A program made the position numbers and the translations under genes. The notes under the pieces were generated by a model, which saw only the letters and a list, made by a program, of their open reading frames with translations, did not search any database and was not told where the DNA came from. A stretch of 59,218 nt of DNA, the filler included, from Ionaspis alba (lineage: Eukaryota), in assembly GCA_964255285.1 (NCBI GenBank). It is 5 parts of 5 records of this genome, joined end to end, with 100 filler letters (N's around TTAATTAATTAA, not from the genome) between each part and the next. Parts side by side here need not be neighbours in the genome. Positions count along the whole stretch, not along the records: positions 1 to 11,807 come from CAXUUL010000539.1; positions 11,908 to 23,684 come from CAXUUL010000540.1; 3 more parts are not named here. One strand, 5' to 3'. Shown here in pieces: positions 1 to 12,181 of this stretch; within the stretch, counting starts at the first letter, position 1, and every line of letters starts with the position of its first letter.

Positions 1-1526
1 CCTGCATTACAAGTTCGAAAACAACGAGTAGTCTCATACGACAAACGAAGGTAATCGGATGCTCCGGTCCTTGAAAGGTCTTAACGGATCATCCACGGAG
101 AATTGCCACAACACCTAGTGTGACGATAGACAGTTTAGGTTGTCAGTGTTTAACAAGCTTCCCCTTTCTGCACCAGACAATATCATCAGATCTCATCAGG
201 GGTTCGCCACTTTAAGGCATTCGAAGCATGTATGCAGCACAGAGAAAGTCATATCCGTAAGACAATTCCAAGGTTAGTGAGATGATAGCTTCGACTATCC
301 TCCGCCGCTAATTAGTTTGTCGAAGTCCATAGGGACCAAAAGATGATTGTTGATAGCTATTGAGAGCAGTTTTTGGGCTGTTGGGGGATCTCGGGAAGAG
401 TTATGGGACAGTGAGGACAATATGAAAGATTTTGGTACTGAAAAGGGGCATGAGATGGAGGTCATTGCTGGTTTCTCTGTATCTCACCATACATGTATAT
501 AATTGAGCCAGATTGTAGTGAAGCTCAATACCATGAGGCGTCTATTGAGTGTATAATGGCTTCGTGAGCTGTTGTCCGGTTGATCGAGAGGTGCCTCTAA
601 TTGGTTAGACGAGTTGCAGGATCTCTAGACGCTTGGCAGTGATGAGTTTTTCTAGCCGTCTTGGACACTTTTACAACATCAGAATCTCTACGATAATTCA
701 CAAAATCATCAATCTCTATGTTTGAATCAGTTCATTTGACTTGAATAACTCTTTCTTGTACATCTGAAGGGTGAAAATCTTTACAAGCATGCTCAAGCCC
801 TCAGAGAACCCTAAATTTCGCCTCTCAGCGCCGACAACAAGCCTGCCGACAGTGAGGCAACAACGAACACCAGTGTACAGGGCTCCATCCACGATATGCT
901 ATCCTGTTCCCTTTATGGACAAATTGGTGGAGGGGCTGACTATGGATTTCCGCACCTCCATCCGAGATATCCCACAAATGAATGACCTGTGTTTCACCCA
1001 CAACAATACTGCCATAGTGGATTGACAACCATTACAAATTCCATGCTGAGAAACTAAGACGAGTTGCATTCGAGCAATAAACAACAAACAAAATTAGCCG
1101 CAGGCGGTCCAGTATCACAATGAGTCTGAGGGAGCTGTCGATACTCGACTCCCGTTCTCTGGTTGCTGGACCTTGCTGCTGGCGCTTAAGAAGGCAGTGA
1201 TTGATGCTAAATACATGATGTTGGGAGACTGAAGAGAGTTGTACTCGAGTGAGGAGTATAGAGCTACCGCTAACTGTTACCGCACATCACAAGAGAGTTG
1301 TCGATACTCAACCTTGTAGGTGTGGATACTGGAGCCTTATGCCGGCACTTGGATGATCACATTACAGTTATGGATACTGGCGAACTTGGATAGACCTTGC
1401 GAGTGGAATGAGACAAGAACGGGATGTCTCGCCCGCTGAACACCGTGAACAACACCAGAGAGCTGTTGATGCTCGATCTGGTGAGGTGGATGTTGAGGTG
1501 AGGTGCTGATATCTTGTCACAACTGT

Positions 1527-3923
1527 TCAGTTTCGGAAAATTTCTCGCACAATTTCATCGAACTCCTCGGCAGTGAACGCAAGGCCCAACGCAGCTTCTG
1601 CTTCGTTGTCAGGTGGGAAGTCCAATGTGAAGTTGTTACCATCATCATTGGTGCTTGTCGGGAGGTCTAATGGAGTCTGAGATCCATCGTCGCCAACAGA
1701 AACTCCCAGTGTTGTATCGGAACCACCCAAGCAATTTTGAACTGCAGGAGTCTGCGGTCCTACGTTGGATTCAATTGGGTGACTCGGGTCAGTTTCAGGC
1801 CAGGTACCTTCCGTGTCCGGATTCAGGCCCAGAGCGGCATCAATAATGGCAGTGTAGTCGTTGCTAGCTGCTGAGGCTTCGCCACCAAAGTCGTTGAGGA
1901 ATTCCTCATTCAGAAATTGATGGAGGTCCAGTTCAAGATCATTACCGGGAGCACCGAATCTAGTAGCAAACAAGGCAGGATCTAGATTGTTTGGGTGTGG
2001 CTCCTGAGGGTTGTGAATGAATGCAGCGTCGTCGCCGAGGTCAAGGAGTTGTTCTTGTTCTAAGACTTGCTGTGCACTCGCAATTGGATTGTTGAAGTCC
2101 TGATATGGACTTTGAATGTCAGGGATCTCATCGGGAATATGAGGAGCCTGGAAGTCCTGCTCATCTGCATGACTGAAAGGATTCATGGGCGGTGGTAGTA
2201 TATATGGCATGTACGTGCCGTCATGAGGGTCGTATGCGTCGACGTTGGGTGCAGTGGTATGAGCATTTTCTTCATGGAAGTAGCCTGCCCCATCCTGGCG
2301 CTCCTGGATGATATTCTGCTGTTTGCGGGGACCCTTCGCTTTTCCAACCCTCGACCTACTTGGACGAATGGGACGAGGAAGTAGCTTTTGTTTCTTTGGA
2401 TTCGGCTCCCCAAGAGAAGCTTCGTCGAAGTCTTCGTCGAAGTCTTCGTCAAGCATGGCTAAGTGCTTGCGTTTTCCATTCCCGTCATTCTTTCCTCGTT
2501 CAAGCGCATGCGTTTTGTCTTTGTCCGCACATGTCTCTTCGGATTTCTCTCCTTTTACTGGCTCTTCTTGATTGTCTTTCTTTTTTGTGCGATAGCCGAA
2601 GTTACCGAGGTTCTTGGCCTTCATCTGTTGTATCTCCACCTCGTCCAAGTCATGGAATGTCTCTGTGGAGTTTTGTTCTATGCAGTCTTCCGGCAGAATG
2701 CTCTCCAGATACTCAGCGAATTTGTCACTACCACCGCGCTTGTCCCAGGACAGGCTAGCGGACCTCATGAGGAAGCGCGTCTGCCTCATGGTGTGGGCCT
2801 GAAGAGACCATTGCTTTTTGTCTCCTTCACCATCTGCTGTGAAGGTCCGAAAGTGTGGCATACGAGCCCGAATGTCTTGCGTAGCGATGTTCGGGTTCGA
2901 CCGACGGATTGCCACCATCAACCAACCTTCAATCTCCGAGGAACATGTTGCTGGTATCTCTTTGTATCTCTTGACCGGATGATTATCGCCATCAAGGACA
3001 ATCTGGTCGCCGTGATACCATATTGCAGCCACGCGGGGTCTACTTAGATCCAAAGCATCATTGTTCGCCTGATTCTGAGCTTCCACGTCCTTGTTGTCGT
3101 TTTCAGGCTTTGCAGCGGCCTGTGCATGCTTGTGGAGTTGGAATAGAATCTTCGGACGATTCTCTCTCTCGCCTCCCCTGTCGAACATTAGCCCTACGCT
3201 AGTCCGCTTCTGGTTCGCCTCTTACCATGACTTCTGCTCTGGAAGGAAACAAGTCACGTCTGTCTCAGCAGACCCAGAGACTCTAGGATGATCTGACAGT
3301 CGTTAGTAAGCTCGTCTTGAGTTTGGAGATTGTTACCTACCATAGGTACCTTTTTGGCTCCATTCTGCAATCAATTCTGCCCTCAGGTCGTTGTGATAAA
3401 CAGCAGTTACTGAACAAGTTAGCAGATGTCTTGCAAGAAGTTGGAGATTCATAATAGCTGGCATTACCCCAAGTACCGTTCTGATGCCTGAAATCCTCGA
3501 GCCAGAACTCGAGCTTTGACTCTTCAGTGTAGCGGATTAGACCCTTTGGCTTGTCATCTGAACCGACTTCGCCAGGCATCTTTGCGAGTCGTCGAGCTCG
3601 TTTCGAAGGGTAGCCGTCATGGTCATCATCGTTCGAACGAACACGCTTTCTGCGACTGTGGATAGTCTTGGTATCTTCTGTGCGAGGTCCATTAGGTGGT
3701 TGCTGTCCATCCGTGGTTGACTGCTCGAGGCCACCATGAGTGTTAAGGCCTCTGACCGTGTCATCTTAACCTAAGGTTAGAACGAATATCTACGATAGCT
3801 GTGGTCCATGGACATACCTGAAGTGACAGGAAGCATGTTCTCGTTGTTCTCAGCGTTGCCTCTCTGGATCCCACCTTTGTACGTGTTGGTGGATGATTCA
3901 GTACTGGAACTTCGTCTCTGCAT
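1527..3923 (-). CDS. Uncharacterised protein, orphan family member A (about 5 exons)
   Basis: The 553-aa ORF 1527-3188 extends upstream through four GT-AG introns, in frame, to an ATG at 3923 (MQRRSSST...FWLEDFRHQNGTW|VTAVYHNDLRAELIAEWSQKGTY|DHPRVSGSAETDVTCFLPEQKSW|GGERENRPKILF). Its core is homologous to the 6729-8446 gene, followed by a basic NLS-like stretch and an acidic tail. Confidence 0.75.
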
Positions 3924-5399
3924 CTTCGTGGATAACCAGCTACGTGCTAACAACTTCTTATAACCGTGGTCAAGGTTACTAGAGGTCGTCGTCTGGATAT
4001 ACCACTGTTAAGTCTGCGAGATACAGACGGAGGCTGTCAACAATCTCAACCTTGCCAGGGTTCCACCTACAGCAAGGCTTGAAGTATGAAATAACAAAGG
4101 TTTAACCCTTCAAAGCAAGTTGCTAGATGAGAGATGATGCAGGAAGTTCTTGTGTAAAGATCTGTGTTGCGTTGTGATGGATTTGAAGCAGCGTGAAGGA
4201 TTGTGAGGGTGTCTCTTGACAGAAGGAAAACGCGAATAAAAAGGCTGGCGACAACGAGGTCTTGGCGACGACCACCAGAACGCGGTTTTCTGAATTCCTG
4301 AACGAGCGAGTATCAGGCATTACCACATATTGTCTGCTCGTACGTACGAGTGTGGTGCTACAAAGCGTGAAGGTGTCTCACGGCGAGATCGAATCAAGGC
4401 CCTCGACTAGAAGTCAACTCATATATAACGCACCATCTTCCTGGATTGATCGGTGATAATTGCCAACGGAAGAAGCACTCTCAGAACGAGGTAGTGATCC
4501 GTCCGCACTGGTATAGCTCGAATCGGTCCGAAGTGTTGTACAATGGCTCAGGTATGAATTCGAAGAGCCACCCAAAAAGTCATCACAAATCCAATGCCTA
4601 GATCAAGGCATCTTCCCAGTCACAGCCAAATGATCTCAGCTGCTCCGGCATTGCCTCGACAGAGCTTCAAATGCACTTTCGTGCTGTTCTCAAGTGCATC
4701 GTCCACTACGTGGCTCATACAGCTACTTCCACTTCGAGGCCAAAGAGGTCAATCACCACCTTATGCGCGCCCGGCTGGAACCCTTGCGTCGCAAAGTCTG
4801 CAATCTTAGGAAGGAAGACAAAAGCTCAATCTACACTGTACATCTCAAAGTATTGACTAAGGCGGGAGGAAGAATCGACAATGTAATGAGATCGATCTAT
4901 GGTAATAGAACGAAACGAGATCCTTGCATACACATTTGTCATTCTTGCATGTCATGGATAAACCAGTTTCAATCTCATGAGGGAGCCTCAACTCGCGTCC
5001 CAAATCTTCATGCCTGCCATCGACATTGGGCAATGGCTTGGTGGCGATAATGAAACGATCGGTGAAGCTACAGTTTAAAGAATTCTCATGGTGGCTAAGT
5101 CTGCTTGATATATCAGCTGATGCATGTAAAGTTTGTTCATGGGCAATCAAATCGATAGTGGCAGCAAAAGCATTGGGCTACTTGAGTGCTCCCCACTCCT
5201 CTTGATAGGGAGTGCATTCGAGATCTTTACTCCTTCGAGTGCGTTTCTTGCGTGGTGTAGCCACAATGGGTTGATGCTCGCTGTCGAGACTATGGCTTTC
5301 ACGTTTGCGAGATGTTTTGACGGAGATTTCATTGCCAGTTGACTCGGTTTCGATAGATTTAGAGGGATCTCCTTGGCTGCCCTCGCAGAGTCGTCATTC

Positions 5400-6050
5400 T
5401 GCGACAGACCTCTTGTGCCCTTTATTCTGTAACCAAATTTGCCTCTATCCTCTTTGAGGATCTCTTTGGATCTCACCACCTTTGAAATCGCGGAAAGCCT
5501 TCGTATGTTTCGAATCGATGCGGGCTTGGGCTAAAAGCTTCAGCAGACCGCCCCGAATGTCATGGCTGCCAACGCGGTCTTCCGAGGCCAAATATCCTGC
5601 TCGGAGTCTTCATCTGGTCTGCTGCATCTCAGAAGCGGTTAAGGAGTACTGTTTGGCCGTCGCGAGTGAGAGCCTCTCGTTACGGCTGATCTGGATCAGA
5701 CAGCTATGGGACATTCGTGCAACAAAGACTTTATGAGATATTTCTTTGTTTTGACGTTGTACCGCCTCCATCTCCTTACCCTGAGCCTCGGATGAACAAG
5801 TCAACGGAATTTGTTTGGAGAATCTTATGGAATGATTGTCTCGCACTGGTGGGGATTGCGTTGATTGAGTTTGAGCAATCGGATACTATTATCTCGGAAC
5901 AAACGACACGCGTGTCTGAAAAGTACGACCTAGGATGCAGGCGGTATAGGAAGTTGAAACCTGATCAGAAACTGTCCCAAGAACCAAAACGTCGAAGCTG
6001 ATCAGCTTGTGCAAAATGGGTCACGTTGTGGAGTTCGGCTCTAACATTTT
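5400..6050 (-). pseudogene. Degenerate copy of the orphan family (member psi)
   Basis: Translates as DNHSIRFSKQIPLTCSSEAQGKEMEAVQRQN...ARMSH...KQYSLTASEMQQTR*RLRAGYLASEDRVGSHD...TKAFRDFKGGEI/(frameshift)KEDRGKFGYRIK. This aligns with member A (DNHPVKRYKEIPATCSSEIEG...RARMPH...KQWSLQAHTMRQTRFLMRSASLSWDKRGGSD...TETFHDLDEVEI...NLGNFGYRTK). In-frame TGA at 5610-5612 and a frameshift near 5470. Boundaries are approximate. Confidence 0.75.
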
Positions 6051-6728
6051 ACCCAGTTCGCGGAATCGAGTTAAGCGAGAAATAGACCTAATTGCCAAGC
6101 TTGCCAAGACCAAAGACGCAGGATTCTCGAGAGCAAAAATCCGCGATACAAGCGCTACCCCACACCCAGAAGCTATTATCAAGAAGTGGAACTCATCTTC
6201 CGACTTGATGCAATAATAAGAAAAAAGCATGCGACTTTTCTGGTAGATCAAAGTCTCCCAGTACCGCAAGGCTCCCCAGTGTCCGCCAGTTCGTACTTGA
6301 GTCACCTATAATTGTAAGAGCGCAATCATATTGATGGCTTTCAATTGCCTTTCTGTACACTGCTAATGGTGCAGATTTGTGCTGGCAAATATGGATAAGA
6401 GATCCTCTATTAATCAATAGATTTATGAATGTCCAAGCTACTTCACAGCTGGAAGCAAGGCATAAGCCGTTATCGGAACAGCTTTTGGAACCAGTCAAGA
6501 TGAGTTAAGGTTGTGAGTTCAAAGGTTGCATGTTTTTCTACCAGAAAATCAAATACAAGGTATGAAGCCCTTGGCATCGATACTGAAGGTCACCGGATAA
6601 TGACCGAAGCAGCAGCCACCCAAGCAGACAGATGATCCTTCAAACTCCTCCAAGCACATCCATTCAGCCCTTCTCCGTTTCCCTTGAAATGATTTTACCC
6701 AAAGGTCCTTCGCTGATGTGCAAGCTTG

Positions 6729-8446
6729 CTATGCCAAGTCGCCAAAGACGAGGTCTACCAATTCCGAGTACAAGGATGGATCCAAGGGCTCCTCAATCAG
6801 GTTCTCCCACACAGCCGTGGAAGGACCGAATTCCGCCAGCCCTGGCAGTTCAGGAGCTGGCTCATGACTATCAGTCGTCGCCCAATACTTGTTGAATTCC
6901 AACTGAATCTCGAACCACTGGGTCTTGTAGGGGGTAAAAGGATCCGAATATGGCGGCAGCTGCTTACTATACCGAGTATATGCATCACGAGTCGGCTCAA
7001 GCAGTTGGAAAACCAAACGTGCGTGATCTGTGTCGGCGATCTCGAGGCGGAGAAAATCCTGCTGACCGTTACCGCTGAGGTTGAGACCGATTTCCCCGTG
7101 TGGCTGGGTGCCCTGGGCTGGTTCGGGATTGTCCCTGCTCATCTCGGCCGTATATGCCTGGGTCATCAAATCTGTCGGGTCCACGACTCCACACAAGTGT
7201 TGATTGGAATTAGTGGACTGCTCCGCTTGCTCCGTCCAACCATAGTATCCCAAGTTGTTGTCTACGCCATAGCTTGTGGATGGTACCATCGTGTCCGTGG
7301 CTACCGTGTTATCCACTTCTTTGGAGTCCTGTCCATGGGCGATTTTTGGCCTCTTTGAATGACGGGCACGAGTTGTCTTGACATGGGGATCTGCAGAGTT
7401 GGCTGTTGTGTCCGTAACTTCTGCATCGGAGTAATCATCCTCTTCGAGTGTCGAGCCAGGCTCGTGGTTCGGGTTCGTAGCGTGTTTCTGCTCAAATTTT
7501 CTCTTGCTCCGTCGAACCTGGTCAATCGCAACAGCACGGATCTTTTCCTTGCTGGACTCCGAAACGTCCTTTCTGCCACCAGTCTTGTGCAAGAAGTTGC
7601 CAGCATTGCCGAGGTGCATTTCTTTCCTCTCGTGAGGTAGTAGGCAACGAGAGTCCCTAATGGAGTTGTCACGCAGGCAATCAGGACCGTGGAATGCATC
7701 AAGGTAGGTCCTGATGGCTTGGCTTCCATCACGATCGTGCCAAGTTATCATGCCATTCTTCTCGCGAAATCTTGTTGCCTTCATGCTCAATGTGGCTAGG
7801 CGAATGCGGTCGACTGTAGGTGGATTGTCGACGCCCGTGGGATCTCTTAGCATTCTGCCTCGAATGTCTTGCATCCTAATGTGTTGGTTGGATCGGGTGA
7901 ACGCTTCAAGGAATGCAGGTTCGATCTGAGAAGAGATCGTGACTGGCAGCTCCGGGAACGCAAGCAACGGCTTGTCGTTGATGTCTAGGATCAGTTGTCC
8001 TTCGCTTGTGGTCCATCTTGGAGGCTTCTTGTGGCTGCGATCTTTGCCTCGAGGCTCGTACTGGTAAAGTATGGCAGGCCAATTCTCCCGATCGGTGCCC
8101 CAGTCTTTCTGATCTGCTGTGAGGTCAGCAGCGAGCGTGGAAGTGGTCAGGATATATATGGACTGACCAAGATGGAATGCTGTGATGTCGTTTGCTACAG
8201 TACCCTTTGCATGTGCAAACTCTATCTCTGTCAGCTCTCTCCACGCAATCAAGATCAAGATGGACCTACTGTAGGTACCTCGTGCGTTTGCTTCTTGAAT
8301 GAGAGCATCGCGAATATCGTCATGATATACAGCTTGGTCTGTTACCCGTTAGCATCCTCACAGTCGTCTAGTGCTGTCAACTTACACCATCCCTCATCTT
8401 TCTCGTCATACCATTCCATGTCTCCATCTTTATTGAAGCGTGTCAT
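6729..8446 (-). CDS. Uncharacterised protein, orphan family member B (multi-exon)
   Basis: The 509-aa ORF 6729-8258 plus upstream exons (MTRFNKDGDMEWYDEKDEGW|YQAVYHDDIRDALIQEANARGTY|KFAHAKG...). The AVYHxD...GTY exon and its flanking introns match member A. The true start may lie further upstream. Confidence 0.75.
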
Positions 8447-11183
8447 GTTGAGGTCTGGATGTCCGCACTCCTATTTTGTCAGACTCGATGTCAGCATAAC
8501 TTTTGGCTGAGGTTTTGGTCCGAAAGATGTACCTTGTGTTGAATAGCTTCACACGAGCGACCACAGGTTGAGATATCGGCGTTCTCGGTGAGTGGACCAG
8601 CCAAACAGAGCTTTATCTGGATGGGAGAACTGCGAAGGCGAGATGGATTCTGTGACTGGAAATGGTGCAGGCTTTGACGTTTTAAAGACAAAATTAGCCG
8701 AGAGAGGAGACGCGTTTGAAGGTCAGGTATTGGCAAGTATGCGGAATCGCGGTTGAGAGCTTAACCCTACGGATTCAAAGAATCTTGCCTACAAAGCATA
8801 ATCGTCGTCTTGTTCAATTCCTGGTGATGTTATCTAAAAATGCCTTGACTGGTACAAGAATTGGGGTTCGAGGATTCAAGAGATGGGCTTGAGCTATGGC
8901 TTAAAGAACTTTCAAAGCAGAAATGTCTTTCTGAGATAGGACTGCTTCTTCTAGGGTGACCAGTCTTCGGCGGAATTTGTTTGAACGTGGTATGCCAAGA
9001 CAGGGCTTTCACTAGTGCTCCTCGCTAAACCACTCGCTTTGGGCATCCCCTTCTTTGGATCAGCATCGAGTAATGCACGTGCTCTAATATCTCGTCAACA
9101 CTTTGCAGCTAAGACGCGTTCGTGAGGTACTTACGCCAGTTATTGCCATCGTCCTGCTTCCCGAGTCGGAGTCAATGTGTTTGGTCCAATGCTTGAAGCG
9201 TCGCGAATGTGCTAGTGTACATGAATTGCATAGTCAAGTATATGAACAACCTTCGGACTGTTACACGGATAGTGTCAATCATGCTGACAGTCATACTATC
9301 AAAAACCTCTTGTTCAGTGAAGCTATTATGTTCTTAAGCTCAACCAAGCGATTGTGGTTTTTACGCCAAGATTGAGCTCTAAACAAAGACATATGTGTGT
9401 GTTTGGAGGCTCACAGCGGCAAGTATGTCCTTAATACGAGAACCGTCTAATGCGTGGCATTGTGAGCAATATGAGCTCGAATCATTTATAATTCATAGCA
9501 AATTTAAGACGAAAAGCTTAGAGAGCAACACCTTTATTATCTTCATGACTGATGAGGCCAGCAGTGCACAAGGCCACTATCAAGATCGATCGCTCTGATC
9601 TGGTCCGAGTAATCTGATGGAGAAGCTCTTGATGGCTGAATTCTGACTCTCGGTTGGAACACTAGGTGCCGTGCTTCAGTAATTTGACAAGGTTATTGAT
9701 TTATGATCTATGAGTTAGATGAGAAGGTAGTTCTTCTATTCATGTCATCAAGCACATATCTCTTGCCCATACAACGATGCTGATGCGACGCTGTGAGGGA
9801 GACGTTGCCAACAGAATACATTGGATGCCCTTTAGTCCACTTTGATGGAGATAATTTATGTTCAGTAGAGTGTTGAGACCTGGAATGCGCGCATTCGCCG
9901 CTGGGACCAGCTTTTTTATTTTCAGGCAGCCACCTGTGAGTCTGGCAATCGGCGACAAAGCCAAAACATGGTGCGATATACAAGACTAGTTGTGCTTGGA
10001 GATAGAACGAGGGACAGACCTATCTCCATCTGCTTCTAGTGAGGCAAAGGGGAAAAAAAGACCTTAACGGAGAGCTGAAGTCGCTGAGGAAAATTCGTAA
10101 CTGATTATAGGAGTTTTAATCCCTTCACCCCTTGTTACTCACTAACAAGACCCTGGTAGTGAATCAATCCTTCACATTGACCCAGCTATCGGTCATCAGG
10201 CTTGCCGGACATACCGCGGTGTTGACCTAAGTAAGCAGTCTCTGTCGGAACTCCGCCTTTCGCTTATCTACTTGTATAACTTCCACCAGCCGACCCGAGC
10301 CTCTGGCCGATTTATGGCTTCCGGTCCGCTTCAATGATTCCGTTCTCCGTGCCATCGGACCACTAGATTGTAGGGGAGGAAGCACGGCAAGAATGATCCG
10401 AAGATACTATCTTATTGCCTAAGCTCCGTTCAAGGTGCTCATGTCGGGATGGAATTTCCTCCAACCCTTGACCCAGTAACTTTCTCCCTCGTTCGAGATG
10501 ATGCTCGAACTACAAGATGTCTGCTACTTGGGAGCTTGCTTCCAGTACCTACTCGTATTTTTCTTCCCACTAAAATCGCTCTCCTTTGCGCCGTCCTTAG
10601 CCGCTTGGTCGCCAAAGTGATATCGACAACAAGCGCGTGGCGCGTGAAAAGGTTTCGTTGTCGCTACCCAATTAACACAGTTTCTAGAGGATTAGGGACC
10701 TTCTGAGAATGCCCCTTTTGTTCTCGTCCCCGATATTCTCAAGACACGGACATCCCATGCGCCTCGGTGGCTTGATCTGCGTAGAATGCCCAATGAGAAA
10801 TACTTCTTAAAGCGAAATGTAACGCACAGATGACGATGGGCGAATCTTCTTTGTTATTGGCTAGTGCTCAAATCAGTAATTAGATACCTTATTTCTTCTG
10901 CCTGCGGCAGGATGAGTTGACTTTCCTGCTTACAAGAAATTCACGGTGCTTAGCATGGGTGAGCGATGGTCGTGAAGAACATGTACTAGTGATGATATAC
11001 AGGGCAGGTGAGAATTCTTGTAGGTAAGCAGGAGGATGGAAGGGAAGGGAAGGAAGGAGAGGACTGCTGGATCCGCTGGAGCCAGCTGTGCGACCAACGT
11101 GATAGTTGACGAGCAATTAGATTGAGTATGTGTGAAATCCGAGCCGTGCTAGCCACCCAGTGGACTTGCTAAAGCCGCAGCCC

Positions 11184-11807
11184 TTAGATTTTATGCTTCC
11201 ATGACCTTGAGTCGACTCCGCAGCCAGTCGCCAACCACACTACGCAGCAGCTTCTCGACATTGGTGGCCATGGCGGTGCATCCTCCCGATTCCAGGACAC
11301 TGTCGTCTCATCGATGGCGACTACGCCCACCAATAGAGGGATATCTCCAGTCATCCCATGGTTCGTCCACCAGACCATCAAAGCTGTTGCGAGATCTCCG
11401 TACTGTCCAACGTAGCTGGCCGCGGAATCTGCAATGGGTGCATGTTGGCCAGTGACGAGGAAATACTCAGCTCTGGTAGGAACGAGGAGATGCCGAAGGA
11501 GCTGTTGATGGTCATGAGTATCGGCTGTTGCATAGAGGAAGTCGTCTTCATCTTCATCATCATCCAGTGCTTCCTCTTGTGCATCTTCTATGGAGTCGCC
11601 CTCGGTACTGTAATGCTTTTTGCCTCCGCCATCAGCAGTCTTATCTTCTTGACTGCTATCATACCCTTCACACATTCTCCCGTCACTTTCTGAGTCTGAC
11701 GAGTCTACTCTTGGCCGGCCGCGATTATCACGCGGAGTCACCGGCTGCGAAAAGTCTGCGTCATCATCGTTGTCTCTTCGGTATGTGCGAGAGCGCTTTG
11801 GATACCG
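11184..11807 (-). CDS. 3' part of a gene sharing the C-terminal domain of orphan member B (5'-truncated at scaffold end)
   Basis: The frame is open to the scaffold edge. FLYATADTHDHQQLLRHLLVPTRAEY...SYVGQYGDLATALMVWW...IPLLVGV aligns with member B FLRLEIADTDHARLVFQLLEPTRDAY...PYKTQWFEIQLEFNKYW...APELPGL. Possible frameshift near 11270. Confidence 0.55.
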   Translation of the reverse strand, partial: RYPKRSRTYRRDNDDDADFSQPVTPRDNRGRPRVDSSDSESDGRMCEGYDSSQEDKTADGGGKKHYSTEGDSIEDAQEEALDDDEDEDDFLYATADTHDHQQLLRHLLVPTRAEYFLVTGQHAPIADSAASYVGQYGDLATALMVWWTNHGMTGDIPLLVGVVAIDETTVSWNREDAPPWPPMSRSCCVVWLATGCGVDSRSWKHKI

Positions 11808-11907
11808 NNNNNNNNNNNNNNNNNNNNNNNNNNNNNNNNNNNNNNNNNNNNTTAATTAATTAANNNNNNNNNNNNNNNNNNNNNNNNNNNNNNNNNNNNN
11901 NNNNNNN
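11808..11907. other. Artificial scaffold-joining linker (N44-TTAATTAATTAA-N44)
   Basis: Six-frame stop linker inside Ns, exactly 100 bp. Confidence 0.97.
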
Positions 11908-12181
11908 ACATGACCTGTATCTTGCATGAAGATCGTGCCATCGAAGTCTGGATCGCTGTCAGTATTTCGAGCCAGATGGACTGACACAGCATGTTCGTTC
12001 AAGAAGAAACCAAGGAAGAAAACGAGAGAGTGCGCTGGTATGCTTCTATCATACCAGAGAAACAAATGATCTTGCGCTTTCCTGGTGAAGCTGCTCCAAC
12101 AAAGCTTGACTTTGGAACTTTGAGGTCAGATTTGGTAGCAGATGAGAAGTCCAGCTTGGCCGGAATGGCTGAAGGAGCCAT
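11908..12181 (-). CDS. HAD-superfamily phosphatase (MtnX/phosphoserine phosphatase/PYP1-like), 5' fragment
   Basis: ATG at 12181, MAPSAIPAK...KRKIICFS, intron 11948-12054 (GTATGA...CTGAC...CAG), then DFDGTIFMQDTGH, which is HAD motif I (DxDxT). Truncated by the scaffold end. Confidence 0.8.

Noticed and set aside
2418..2452. 12-bp tandem repeat (GAAGTCTTCGTC)
   Set aside because: It is a short coding repeat (DEDFDEDFDE) inside member A, not a CRISPR array or mobile element.
8500..11150. Gene-poor stretch as a transposon or RIP relic
   Set aside because: I saw no transposase or reverse transcriptase motifs, terminal repeats or strong AT enrichment, so it is left unannotated.
11852..11863. 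Recurrent palindrome TTAATTAATTAA (four copies) as a biological repeat or element end
   Set aside because: It is always centred in 44+44 Ns and is a synthetic six-frame stop linker.
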